From positions 1-59,047 of the forward strand of contig CAJQLY010000022.1 of assembly GCA_905479295.1 (NCBI GenBank): DNA of 59,047 bases. The letters run 5' to 3'. Positions 50,905-59,047 of this stretch are shown piece by piece (positions within the stretch are counted from its first letter, which is position 1; each line of letters begins with the position of its first letter). The position numbers and the translations under genes were made by a program. The notes below the pieces were generated by a model. That model made no database searches. It worked only from the letters and a program-made list of their open reading frames with translations, and was not told where the DNA came from. This DNA is from an uncultured Gammaproteobacteria bacterium. Its GTDB lineage: Bacteria; Pseudomonadota; Gammaproteobacteria; UBA4575.

Positions 50905-52227
50905 GTGAATACCAACATACAGCAATCAACCTTGCCCAAAAAAACCCTCGCGCAAGAGCATAATATCGACGAGCAGAAGATCTGTAAGCATGCAAAGCGT
51001 GTCGTCAACACCCTGACCAATAAAGGATACCAAGCCTATCTGGTCGGTGGGTGTGTGCGTGACCTCTTACTCAATATCACACCAAAAGATTTTGATATTG
51101 CGACCAATGCAACGCCGGAAGAAGTACGTAGCTTATTTGATCGCAGCCGTATCATTGGTCGACGCTTCCAAATTGTTCATGTTTATTATGGACGTGAGTT
51201 TCTTGAGGTCTCAACCTTTCGTGCGCAGGTATCAAATAGTGCGAGCAGCCCAAACACTCAATTCAATAATGGTCAAATCACACGTGATAATACTTTTGGC
51301 ACTATCGATGAAGATGCTTTAAGGCGTGATTTCTCAATCAATGCACTCTACTACGACTTGGCTGAATCTGCGGTTTTAGATTTCTGCTCAGGTATGGATG
51401 CAGTAAAGAATCGTTACTTACGTATGATTGGAGATCCAGTCACACGTTACCGAGAAGACCCCGTACGTATGTTACGTGCCATGCGTTTCCGTGCAAAACT
51501 GGGGTTAGAAATTGAAGAGGACACCGCAGCACCTATCGCCGAGTGTACACATCTATTGAATGATATTTCTTCTGCTCGACTATTCGATGAGACCATCAAA
51601 CTATTTCACAGTGGCCATGCTGTAAATTGTTTTCATGAGTTAAAACACTACGGCTTATTTCAACAACTGTTCCCAATGACAGACAAAGAGTTAGGCCATG
51701 ACCCACAGTTACAAGATTTCATTGTTGGCGCCTTGAGTAGTACAGATACACGCATCAATATCGGCAAAAGTGTCAACCCGGCTTTCATCTTTGCCGTATT
51801 ACTTTGGCGTTCATTCCAACACGCTGTGACCAAACGCACTCACAATGGCAAGATTAGTCCAGAAAGTCTCTGGGATGCAGGGCGAAATACAATCTTTCGT
51901 CAAGCCAGTCACACGACTATCCCAAAACGATTTGCCATTACTATTTGTGAAATATGGAAATTTCAAAGTCGCTTTGAGCGCATCCGTGGCCGTCAGATCC
52001 CTGACTTTATCGCTCACCCTCGCTTTCGTGCCGCTTATGATTTCATGTGCCTACGCTCACTGCTCGGCGAAGTCACTCAAGCTGAGGCTGACTGGTGGAC
52101 TGATATCCAGAAATGTGACGCTGAGGAAAAGCAATTAATGATTGAGCAGCGCCCAGAACCTAAACGAGAGCCTAAGTCAAAATCTAGAGCATCTAAGAAC
52201 AATCAAAAAAATATTAAATCTGAGTAG
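50905..52227 (+). CDS. pcnB: Poly(A) polymerase I
   Basis: LVGGCVRD, PKDFD, IIGRRF, RRDFSINAL, EDPVRMLRA and FRAAYDF. Confidence 0.95.
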   Translation: MNTNIQQSTLPKKTLAQEHNIDEQKICKHAKRVVNTLTNKGYQAYLVGGCVRDLLLNITPKDFDIATNATPEEVRSLFDRSRIIGRRFQIVHVYYGREFLEVSTFRAQVSNSASSPNTQFNNGQITRDNTFGTIDEDALRRDFSINALYYDLAESAVLDFCSGMDAVKNRYLRMIGDPVTRYREDPVRMLRAMRFRAKLGLEIEEDTAAPIAECTHLLNDISSARLFDETIKLFHSGHAVNCFHELKHYGLFQQLFPMTDKELGHDPQLQDFIVGALSSTDTRINIGKSVNPAFIFAVLLWRSFQHAVTKRTHNGKISPESLWDAGRNTIFRQASHTTIPKRFAITICEIWKFQSRFERIRGRQIPDFIAHPRFRAAYDFMCLRSLLGEVTQAEADWWTDIQKCDAEEKQLMIEQRPEPKREPKSKSRASKNNQKNIKSE

Positions 52228-52247
52228 ATCGACCCATTAAAATCGAT

Positions 52248-52748
52248 ATGAAAAAGAATTACCGAACACTCGCTTACATCGGATTAGGCAGTAATTTACA
52301 AGATCCTAGCACTCAGATCGCCATTGCATTGCGTGAGTTAGCCTTGCTCCCTAAAAGTGATTTACAGCAACATTCTGGACTTTATCTGAGTCGGCCAATG
52401 GGCCCGCCTGACCAGCCGGTTTACGTCAATGCAGTCGCCAGCATCAAGACACATTTAGAAGCTGAAGAACTACTTAACCATCTGCAGTCAATTGAAAACA
52501 AGCACGGTCGTGAACGTTTAGGTGAACATTGGGGCCCACGCACATTAGATTTAGATATCCTCAGCTACGGCAACAAAAAAATTAATAGCCCACGCTTAAA
52601 CATCCCCCATCCAGGTGTACGTCTGCGTGAATTCGTACTCTACCCATTGCAAGAAATAGATAAAAACCTCATCATCGCTGGTGTAGGTAGAGTCGATCGC
52701 CTATCTCAAAAATGCTATGCCAATGGATTGGCGTTACTAGAAGAATAG
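52248..52748 (+). CDS. folK: 2-amino-4-hydroxy-6-hydroxymethyldihydropteridine diphosphokinase
   Basis: IGLGSN, WGPRTLDLDIL and IPHP. Confidence 0.96.
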   Translation: MKKNYRTLAYIGLGSNLQDPSTQIAIALRELALLPKSDLQQHSGLYLSRPMGPPDQPVYVNAVASIKTHLEAEELLNHLQSIENKHGRERLGEHWGPRTLDLDILSYGNKKINSPRLNIPHPGVRLREFVLYPLQEIDKNLIIAGVGRVDRLSQKCYANGLALLEE

Positions 52749-52765
52749 ACGAAAAGAAAAATATT

Positions 52766-53416
52766 ATGGGTTCAACATTACCAGATTTCGTTGTTATAGA
52801 AGGACCGATAGGTGTCGGGAAATCAAGTCTGGCCTCCCGTATAGCACTCGACTTTGAAGCAGATTTGGTGCGTGAAGAAATAGAAGAAAACCCATTCCTC
52901 GATCACTTCTATCAACGCCCCAGTGAAGCGGCACTATCAGCACAACTATTCTTCTTGATGCAGCGCACAAAGCAAATGCAGGGCTTACGACAAAGCAGTA
53001 TCTTCAACCATAGCAAGGTAGCTGATTATCTATTAGAAAAAGATCAGCTATTTGCTCAAGTTACACTCTCACCAATTGAGTATGATCTTTACCAACAGGT
53101 GTTTGAACACCTAGTTATTGATGCACCAACCCCCGATTTAGTCGTTTATCTACAAGCACCAGTAAATACCTTAATGGAGCGCATTAAAAAACGGGGACGT
53201 CACATAGAGCGCCATATCGAACCTACCTATCTAGAGCGCCTAAATGAAGCTTATGCCAACTTTTTTCACCACTATTCGGCAGCCCCTCTTTTAGTTGTCA
53301 ATGCTGCTGACATTGATTTTATTAACAATGAAGGTGACTATGAGCAACTCAAGACACAAATCCTAAACACTACTAGCGGCCGGCATTACTTTAATCCGCT
53401 ACCCTTCGCGAGCTAA
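52766..53416 (+). CDS. Deoxynucleoside kinase
   Basis: IEGPIGVGKS, NPFL, QLFFL, PDLVVYL and RIKKRGR. Confidence 0.9.
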   Translation: MGSTLPDFVVIEGPIGVGKSSLASRIALDFEADLVREEIEENPFLDHFYQRPSEAALSAQLFFLMQRTKQMQGLRQSSIFNHSKVADYLLEKDQLFAQVTLSPIEYDLYQQVFEHLVIDAPTPDLVVYLQAPVNTLMERIKKRGRHIERHIEPTYLERLNEAYANFFHHYSAAPLLVVNAADIDFINNEGDYEQLKTQILNTTSGRHYFNPLPFAS

Positions 53417-53421
53417 TAAGC

Positions 53422-54213
53422 ATGAGTCTGCAAGCAGAATATGGTCTCGGTGTAAGTGAATTATGCGCAATGAGTAAACGTGGTGAAAAAATCGCCTGTT
53501 TGACCGCCTATGACGCCAGCTTTGCGCAGGTACTTGATCAGGCGGGTGTCGATATCATCCTTGTTGGTGACTCCCTAGGCATGGTCATCCAAGGCCATGA
53601 TTCAACGGTCTCAGTTAGCATGGAAGATATGATTTATCACAGCGCTTGCGTGAGCTCGATAAGCAAACGTGCGCTGATACTGGTTGATATGCCTTTTATG
53701 AGTTACAGCAATATCGAGCAAGCCCTATTTAACGCAACCCGCCTAATGCAAGAAGGTGGTGCGCAAATGGTGAAATTGGAAGCCACTGAACGTCAAAGTG
53801 AAGTCGTGGCAGAGATGAGCGCCTGCGGCATCCCAGTCTGCGCCCACCTTGGCTTGCGTCCGCAATACATCCATAAGTTGGGCGGCTATCAACGTCAGGG
53901 GCAAGATAGCGAGTCTGCTGAACAAATCTTACAAGACGCCATTAGCTTAGAAAAAGCAGGTGCCGACTTACTCCTTGTTGAATGTATTACGCATACATTA
54001 GCCGCCAAGATTCAACAAACAGTCTCGATTCCAGTGATCGGTATCGGTGCAGGTAAAAATTGTGACGGCCAAATCCTAGTACTGCAGGATATCCTTGGCA
54101 TTACGCCTGGGAAAACACCCAGCTTTGCAAAAAACTATCTAAATGAAGGTGGCATTCAAGCCGCAGTGCAAGCCTATATTGCCGAAGTGAAATCTGGCGA
54201 CTTCCCCAGCTAA
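53422..54213 (+). CDS. panB: 3-methyl-2-oxobutanoate hydroxymethyltransferase
   Basis: LTAYD, LVGDSLG, DMPF and GIGAG..CDGQILV. Confidence 0.96.
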   Translation: MSLQAEYGLGVSELCAMSKRGEKIACLTAYDASFAQVLDQAGVDIILVGDSLGMVIQGHDSTVSVSMEDMIYHSACVSSISKRALILVDMPFMSYSNIEQALFNATRLMQEGGAQMVKLEATERQSEVVAEMSACGIPVCAHLGLRPQYIHKLGGYQRQGQDSESAEQILQDAISLEKAGADLLLVECITHTLAAKIQQTVSIPVIGIGAGKNCDGQILVLQDILGITPGKTPSFAKNYLNEGGIQAAVQAYIAEVKSGDFPS

Positions 54214-54228
54214 AGCATAGAACATAGT

Positions 54229-55095
54229 ATGAATATTATTGAACACCCGCGTCCCTTACGCGCCCAAACTCGACAATGGCGTCGCAACCAGAAAAGTATC
54301 GCATTAGTCCCAACAATGGGACATCTACACGACGGACATCTAGCCCTAGTCGAGCATGCGAAGACACAGGCTGACCACGTCATAGTGAGTATCTTCGTCA
54401 ATCCATTGCAGTTTGATAATGCCACTGATTTGAAGTCCTACCCCAGTAGTATTGCCTCGGACTTACAGCAACTCTCATCACTCGGCGTTGATGCTATTTT
54501 TAAGCCCACAGTGGATTTGCTATACCCACTAGGTTTAGAGCTTGCACCGAAGATTCATATTCCCCTATTAGGTGACGAGTTTTGTGGTGCACATAGACCT
54601 AGACACTTTGATGGCGTTGCCACCATTGTGAGCAAACTGTTTAATTTAATAGAGCCCGACATCGCCGTGTTTGGCCGCAAAGACTATCAGCAACTTCTGA
54701 TTATTCAGCGCTTAGTCTCCGAGTTGAACTTCAATATTCAGATAAAAGCATTAGATACCGTGCGGACAGGAGATGGCTTAGCCCTAAGCTCGCGTAATGC
54801 GCATTTATCTACCGAAGAACGTGAGCTTGCTTGCATGCTCTACGCTACGCTGAAGGATGTTGCTGAGCAGACTGAGCAACATCAACTAACCGATAATCTG
54901 CCAGCCCTACTTGATCAGGCTATAACACGATTAAGCCAAGCATCATTTAAGGTTGAATACCTTGATCTCAGAGACGCAAATGACTTACAAGCCATTCAAG
55001 CTGGAACCACTCAAGCTATCGTTCTAGCTGCCGTGCAACTAGGCAAGGTGCGATTAATCGATAACATCCTATTTAAACTAGCAGATCGGACTTAA
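54229..55095 (+). CDS. panC: Pantoate-beta-alanine ligase
   Basis: VPTMGHLHDGH, FVNPLQF, FGRKDYQQ, SSRN and RLIDN. Confidence 0.96.
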   Translation: MNIIEHPRPLRAQTRQWRRNQKSIALVPTMGHLHDGHLALVEHAKTQADHVIVSIFVNPLQFDNATDLKSYPSSIASDLQQLSSLGVDAIFKPTVDLLYPLGLELAPKIHIPLLGDEFCGAHRPRHFDGVATIVSKLFNLIEPDIAVFGRKDYQQLLIIQRLVSELNFNIQIKALDTVRTGDGLALSSRNAHLSTEERELACMLYATLKDVAEQTEQHQLTDNLPALLDQAITRLSQASFKVEYLDLRDANDLQAIQAGTTQAIVLAAVQLGKVRLIDNILFKLADRT

Positions 55096-55188
55096 TATTT
55101 AGTCAAACTGACCGTCTGAAAGAGTTGTATAAGCATTTTCTGGTGTATACTAGTGGCTGTTATCGAGAATATATTATGGAGTATAGAT

Positions 55189-55293
55189 ATGGCATGGCTT
55201 GTAATCGGATGTGTTGTTCTAGCCGTAGTGATTAACTTGGCGGCCCAGTTGAACATATTCAAACACCTTAAGAACGGCACTATCTACCGATAG
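55189..55293 (+). CDS. Small membrane protein (34 aa); not in the ORF track
   Basis: GGAG RBS; MAWLVIGCVVLAVVINLAAQLNIFKHLKNGTIYR*; terminator follows directly. Confidence 0.6.
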   Translation: MAWLVIGCVVLAVVINLAAQLNIFKHLKNGTIYR

Positions 55294-55306
55294 GGTCTAG
55301 TTCAAG

Positions 55307-55334
55307 AAAAAACGGGCTTAAAGCCCGTTTTTTT
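55307..55334. terminator. Bidirectional-type intrinsic terminator
   Basis: AAAAAACGGGCTT-A-AAGCCCGTTTTTTT. Confidence 0.8.
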
Positions 55335-55359
55335 GTTTCTAACTTTACCTTCAAACCCT

Positions 55360-56961
55360 ATGACCACAGTCGCGTGGAAAGCCCTTAATAAACACTTAGG
55401 GGATATTCAGAATCATCAGCTACGCGATCTTTTCGCTAGCCAAACAGACCGTTTCCAACAGCTCCATCTGGAGTTTGAGGGTGGTCTATTAGACTATTCC
55501 AAAAATCGTCTCAATCAAGTCACTCTTGATAAATTATTCGACCTAGCCTCCGAAGCAAAATTAGAGCACTGGCGAGAACTGCTTTTCAGTGGTGGTCAAA
55601 TCAACCACACTGAACAACGCGCAGTCTTACACACAGCATTACGTGACAATAAGCCAAACCCTAAGCAAACACTGGTTTCACGTGAACTGGACCGCATGCA
55701 GCAAATGGTTGAACAGTTCAGTCAGAAAAAATGGTTAGGCAGCAGTAATAAACCACTCAGAGAAGTTGTCGTTATTGGTATTGGCGGCTCCTATCTTGGC
55801 CCTAAGCTTGCCTCTGAAGCGCTACAGACCTACGCCCAAAAAGATGTTCTCGTGCACTACATTAGTAATGTTGATGCACATGATATGCATGAAGTCTTAG
55901 GCTTGATTGATCCAACAGAAACACTCTTTATTGTTATCTCAAAAAGTTTTACGACACAAGAGACTAGTACTAATATGCGTAGCTGTATGCGCTGGTTAGT
56001 AGAAAAAACTGGTGATCAGTCAGTCATACAGAAGCAATTTATAGGCATTACGGCAAATACTGAGCTTGCACTTAAGGCAGGTCTAGCTGCTAACAATATC
56101 CTGAGCATGTGGGATTGGGTAGGAGGCCGTTATTCACTCTGGAGTACTGTTGGCTTACCCTTAGCATTACTTCTAGGTATGGATCAGTTCCGTCAATTAT
56201 TGGCCGGCGCCCATAGCATGGATGAACATTTCCGAAATCAAGATTTCAATAAAAATGCACCCGTATTAATGGCGCTGATCGGTATTTGGAACCGGAACTT
56301 CTTAAATCTCCCAGCCTATGCTGTCTTACCCTATGACTCTCGTTTACGTAGTCTACCGCGCTATCTGCAACAACTTGATATGGAAAGTAATGGTAAAGAC
56401 GTAGATCGGCATGGTAAGGCTTGCACATATCAAACTGCCCCTATTTTATTTGGTGAGGCCGGCACAAATGGTCAACATGCTTTCCACCAGTTACTACACC
56501 AAGGCACTACAACTGTTCCTTGTGACTTTATTGGCTTTCGCCAAACTAACTATAGCCAAGAGCATCATCATATTCTGCTCTCTAATATGTTAGCTCAGTC
56601 ACAGGCCATGATGACCGGGCGCACCTTAGAAGAAAGCACTGCTATGCTACAAGCAAAAAATGCAGAACGTATTGATACCCTTGCACCAGCTATGAGTTTC
56701 AGTGGTAACCGCCCAAGTAACACCCTGCTCTTCGATCGACTCACCCCCTTCAGACTTGGTAGTTTATTAGCCCTATATGAACACAAAGTCTTTGTTCAAG
56801 GCATTATCTGGAATATCAATTCGTTTGATCAAATGGGCGTAGAACTTGGCAAAACACTAGGTGATAAGATATTACAAAGTCTACAAAGCAAATCGATCAG
56901 TAATGAGTTTGATAGCTCTACCGCAGCTCTACTGACCTACCTAATGCAGCAAAGCGATTAA
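55360..56961 (+). CDS. pgi: Glucose-6-phosphate isomerase
   Basis: GIGGS, SKSFTT, VGGRYSLWS, QQLDMESNGK and FDQMGVELGK; the TTG at 55333 lies in the terminator, so ATG 55360 is preferred. Confidence 0.96.
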   Translation: MTTVAWKALNKHLGDIQNHQLRDLFASQTDRFQQLHLEFEGGLLDYSKNRLNQVTLDKLFDLASEAKLEHWRELLFSGGQINHTEQRAVLHTALRDNKPNPKQTLVSRELDRMQQMVEQFSQKKWLGSSNKPLREVVVIGIGGSYLGPKLASEALQTYAQKDVLVHYISNVDAHDMHEVLGLIDPTETLFIVISKSFTTQETSTNMRSCMRWLVEKTGDQSVIQKQFIGITANTELALKAGLAANNILSMWDWVGGRYSLWSTVGLPLALLLGMDQFRQLLAGAHSMDEHFRNQDFNKNAPVLMALIGIWNRNFLNLPAYAVLPYDSRLRSLPRYLQQLDMESNGKDVDRHGKACTYQTAPILFGEAGTNGQHAFHQLLHQGTTTVPCDFIGFRQTNYSQEHHHILLSNMLAQSQAMMTGRTLEESTAMLQAKNAERIDTLAPAMSFSGNRPSNTLLFDRLTPFRLGSLLALYEHKVFVQGIIWNINSFDQMGVELGKTLGDKILQSLQSKSISNEFDSSTAALLTYLMQQSD

Positions 56962-56993
56962 ATCTTGGCACTCAGAAGCCTCATCTAGTTATC

Positions 56994-57584
56994 ATGAAAA
57001 AACCATTTGCCGCTGCCGCTGATGAAAACAAAGAGGCCATCGCTGCGGTCTTACTGACTGAATTAGCCAACGCTAATCATATTATTGAGATCGGTAGTGG
57101 CACTGGCCAACATGCCGTACATTTCAGCAAGCTACTACCTCATCTAACCTGGCACTGCAGCGACCAAAGTAGCCATATAGCAGGTATTCAGCTCTGGCTA
57201 GAATCAGCTGGTCTCAATAATACGCCGCCTGCCTTTGTTTTAGATATCAGCCAAGATTGGCCCAAGCAGATTTATGACGCCGCCTATGCCGCTAATATTG
57301 CGCATATTATGCATTGGCCAGAGATTGAAGACCTATTTGCAGGCTTAAGCACAATACTCGGCCATGGTGCTTATTTTTATCTCTATGGCCCATTTAGTTT
57401 TGATACCAAATTCAGTAGCCAAAGCAACCAAGCCTTTGATCAGTTTCTACGCCAGCAAGACCCACACTCAGGTCTACGTGACAAAAACGAACTCGATCAG
57501 CTCGCCCTCAAGCATGGATTGATCGCAGCAGCCTCTTGGGCAATGCCAACGAACAATCATATTTTAAGCTGGCAAAAGACCTAG
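56994..57584 (+). CDS. DUF938 SAM-dependent methyltransferase
   Basis: EIGSGTGQHA, LYGPF, SNQAFD..L, GLRD and MPTNN. Confidence 0.88.
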   Translation: MKKPFAAAADENKEAIAAVLLTELANANHIIEIGSGTGQHAVHFSKLLPHLTWHCSDQSSHIAGIQLWLESAGLNNTPPAFVLDISQDWPKQIYDAAYAANIAHIMHWPEIEDLFAGLSTILGHGAYFYLYGPFSFDTKFSSQSNQAFDQFLRQQDPHSGLRDKNELDQLALKHGLIAAASWAMPTNNHILSWQKT

Positions 57585-58663
57585 CATTGCAAGCTGCTCG
57601 TTTGGTGTTGAGCAATTGCCCAACTGATATGTTCTTGCACCATTGCACTCGGGTAGTCTAAGCGTGCTTGCAAGGCCTGTATGACCTCATCACTACTGAC
57701 CGCGTTACCTAGTGCTACTGCGATATTCCTCAGCCATTGCTCATGCCCAATGCGACGCATAGCAGACCCTTCTGTGTTTTTTAAAAACTCCTCTTCACTC
57801 CAGGCAAAGAGATCGACTAAACGGGATGAATCTAACTGTTGGCGTGCAGCAAAGTCGGCTAATTCCGAGGTTTGCGCAAAGCTATTCCAGGGACAGGCTA
57901 ATTGACAATCATCACAGCCATAAATGCGATTACCAATTGCTTGCCTAAATTCTTCTGCAATGCTGCCTTTATTCTCAATCGTTAGATAGGAAATGCAACG
58001 CCGCGCATCTAGCTCATAGGGCGCAATAATAGCCTGCGTAGGACAGATATCGATACAGGCCTGACAGCTACCACAGGCATTTTCTACTTTTGAGCTCAAT
58101 GGTAAAGGTAGATCAGTAAATAACTCACCGAGAAAAAACCAGGACCCTGCATCATGTGAAATTAAGTTTGTATGTTTCCCGATCCAACCTAGGCCTGCCT
58201 TTTCAGCCAACGGCTTTTCTAATACCGGTGCGCTATCAACAAAAGCACGGTAACCAAACTCACCTACCTCATCTTGAATCTTATCAGCCAACTTTTGCAG
58301 CCGTTTGCGTAACACCTTATGATAGTCACGACCTAAGGTATAACGTGAGATATAGGCCAAATCGCTATCCTCTAAAACGGCAATAGGGTCTCGCGTACGC
58401 GGCGGATAATAGTCCATGCGCACACTAATGATACGCAAAGTCCCCGGTAGCAACTGATTTGGCTTTGAACGCATCTGACCATGTTTAGCCATATACCCCA
58501 TATCACCATGATGTCCCTTATCCAGCCAACGCAACAAATAGGCCTCATGCTCATCAAGATTGGTATCGGCGATGCCAACATGATTAAATCCAAGTTGTTG
58601 CGCCCACTCTTGGATATGCTGCACAAGTTCCTGTGGCGACGACGAATTAGGCTTAGAAGACAT
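57581..58663 (-). CDS. queG: Epoxyqueuosine reductase
   Basis: GRDYH, VDSAP, GSWFFLGE, CGSCQACIDICPT and RIYGCDDCQ; start set at MSSKP. Confidence 0.96.
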   Translation of the reverse strand: MSSKPNSSSPQELVQHIQEWAQQLGFNHVGIADTNLDEHEAYLLRWLDKGHHGDMGYMAKHGQMRSKPNQLLPGTLRIISVRMDYYPPRTRDPIAVLEDSDLAYISRYTLGRDYHKVLRKRLQKLADKIQDEVGEFGYRAFVDSAPVLEKPLAEKAGLGWIGKHTNLISHDAGSWFFLGELFTDLPLPLSSKVENACGSCQACIDICPTQAIIAPYELDARRCISYLTIENKGSIAEEFRQAIGNRIYGCDDCQLACPWNSFAQTSELADFAARQQLDSSRLVDLFAWSEEEFLKNTEGSAMRRIGHEQWLRNIAVALGNAVSSDEVIQALQARLDYPSAMVQEHISWAIAQHQTSSLQC

Positions 58664-58743
58664 GCTGCTATAGTACCTACTGTCGCCTTTAGAGTGAACC
58701 GACTGGATTGAAGTAAACGCACCATCAGCAACCATAAAAAACA

Positions 58744-59047
58744 ATGACCTTAGCGAATATGCCCAGCTCTCCGAGCTTACCCGGCCTACCTGATACGCCT
58801 GTTCTAATCGAATCTAGTACTGCGATGGAGGTGTTTTCAGCCTGCTTAGCAGGTGTTCTACAAGCGCCTGCATTGGTATTTTTGGAAGGTGATCTAGGTG
58901 TTGGTAAAACCACCTTTGTACGTGGTTATCTGCGTGCCCTAGGCTATCAAGGCCATGTCAAAAGCCCAACATTCACACTAGTTGAAAGCTATACATTGGC
59001 ATCTTATAAGATCCATCACTTTGATCTCTACCGCTTAAGCGACCCTG
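58744..59047 (+). CDS. tsaE: tRNA t6A ATPase TsaE (partial, runs off the window end)
   Basis: LEGDLGVGKTT, VKSPTFTLVESY and HFDLYRL; divergent from queG; start could be 58759. Confidence 0.92.
   Translation, partial: MTLANMPSSPSLPGLPDTPVLIESSTAMEVFSACLAGVLQAPALVFLEGDLGVGKTTFVRGYLRALGYQGHVKSPTFTLVESYTLASYKIHHFDLYRLSDP

Noticed and set aside
55092-55280. 62-aa minus-strand ORF from the track
   Set aside because: It is the antisense shadow of the plus-strand 34-aa gene, which has the RBS and terminator.

Overview
This is a mostly core-genome window from a gammaproteobacterium, with about 58 protein genes and one tRNA-Asn(GTT). Housekeeping blocks are gyrA-serC...pheA-tyrA-aroA-cmk-rpsA-ihfB-pyrF-comEA-galU, mtnA/mtaD-ubiG-gph-rmuC-yciK, yciO-trpS-scpAB-rluB, yciB-yciI-PPIase, argG/rnt/grxD, argD-argF-nadC, cmoAB, glnK-amtB, pcnB-folK-dnk-panBC-pgi and queG/tsaE. 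Accessory or unusual parts: (1) an AT-rich islet beside tRNA-Asn with two RgpF-like glycan genes. It has recurrent boundary motifs and an A10 tract that splits the first gene out of frame. (2) An acyl-AMP ligase, PLP decarboxylase, ACP and UDP-sugar epimerase block inserted between serC and pheA. (3) An orphan type I-F CRISPR adaptation module, with intact cas1 and only the Cas2 domain of cas2-3. It is joined tail-to-tail, at an inferred 4-bp CCAT microhomology, to a truncated metallo-beta-lactamase-fold gene. No csy genes or array are in the window. (4) Three small genes missed by the ORF track (52, 25 and 34 aa), and a ~90-bp internal remnant of an alanine:cation symporter gene. Several usual syntenic neighbours are missing, which suggests deletion-driven streamlining. 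All family assignments come from motif recognition by eye; no searches were run.
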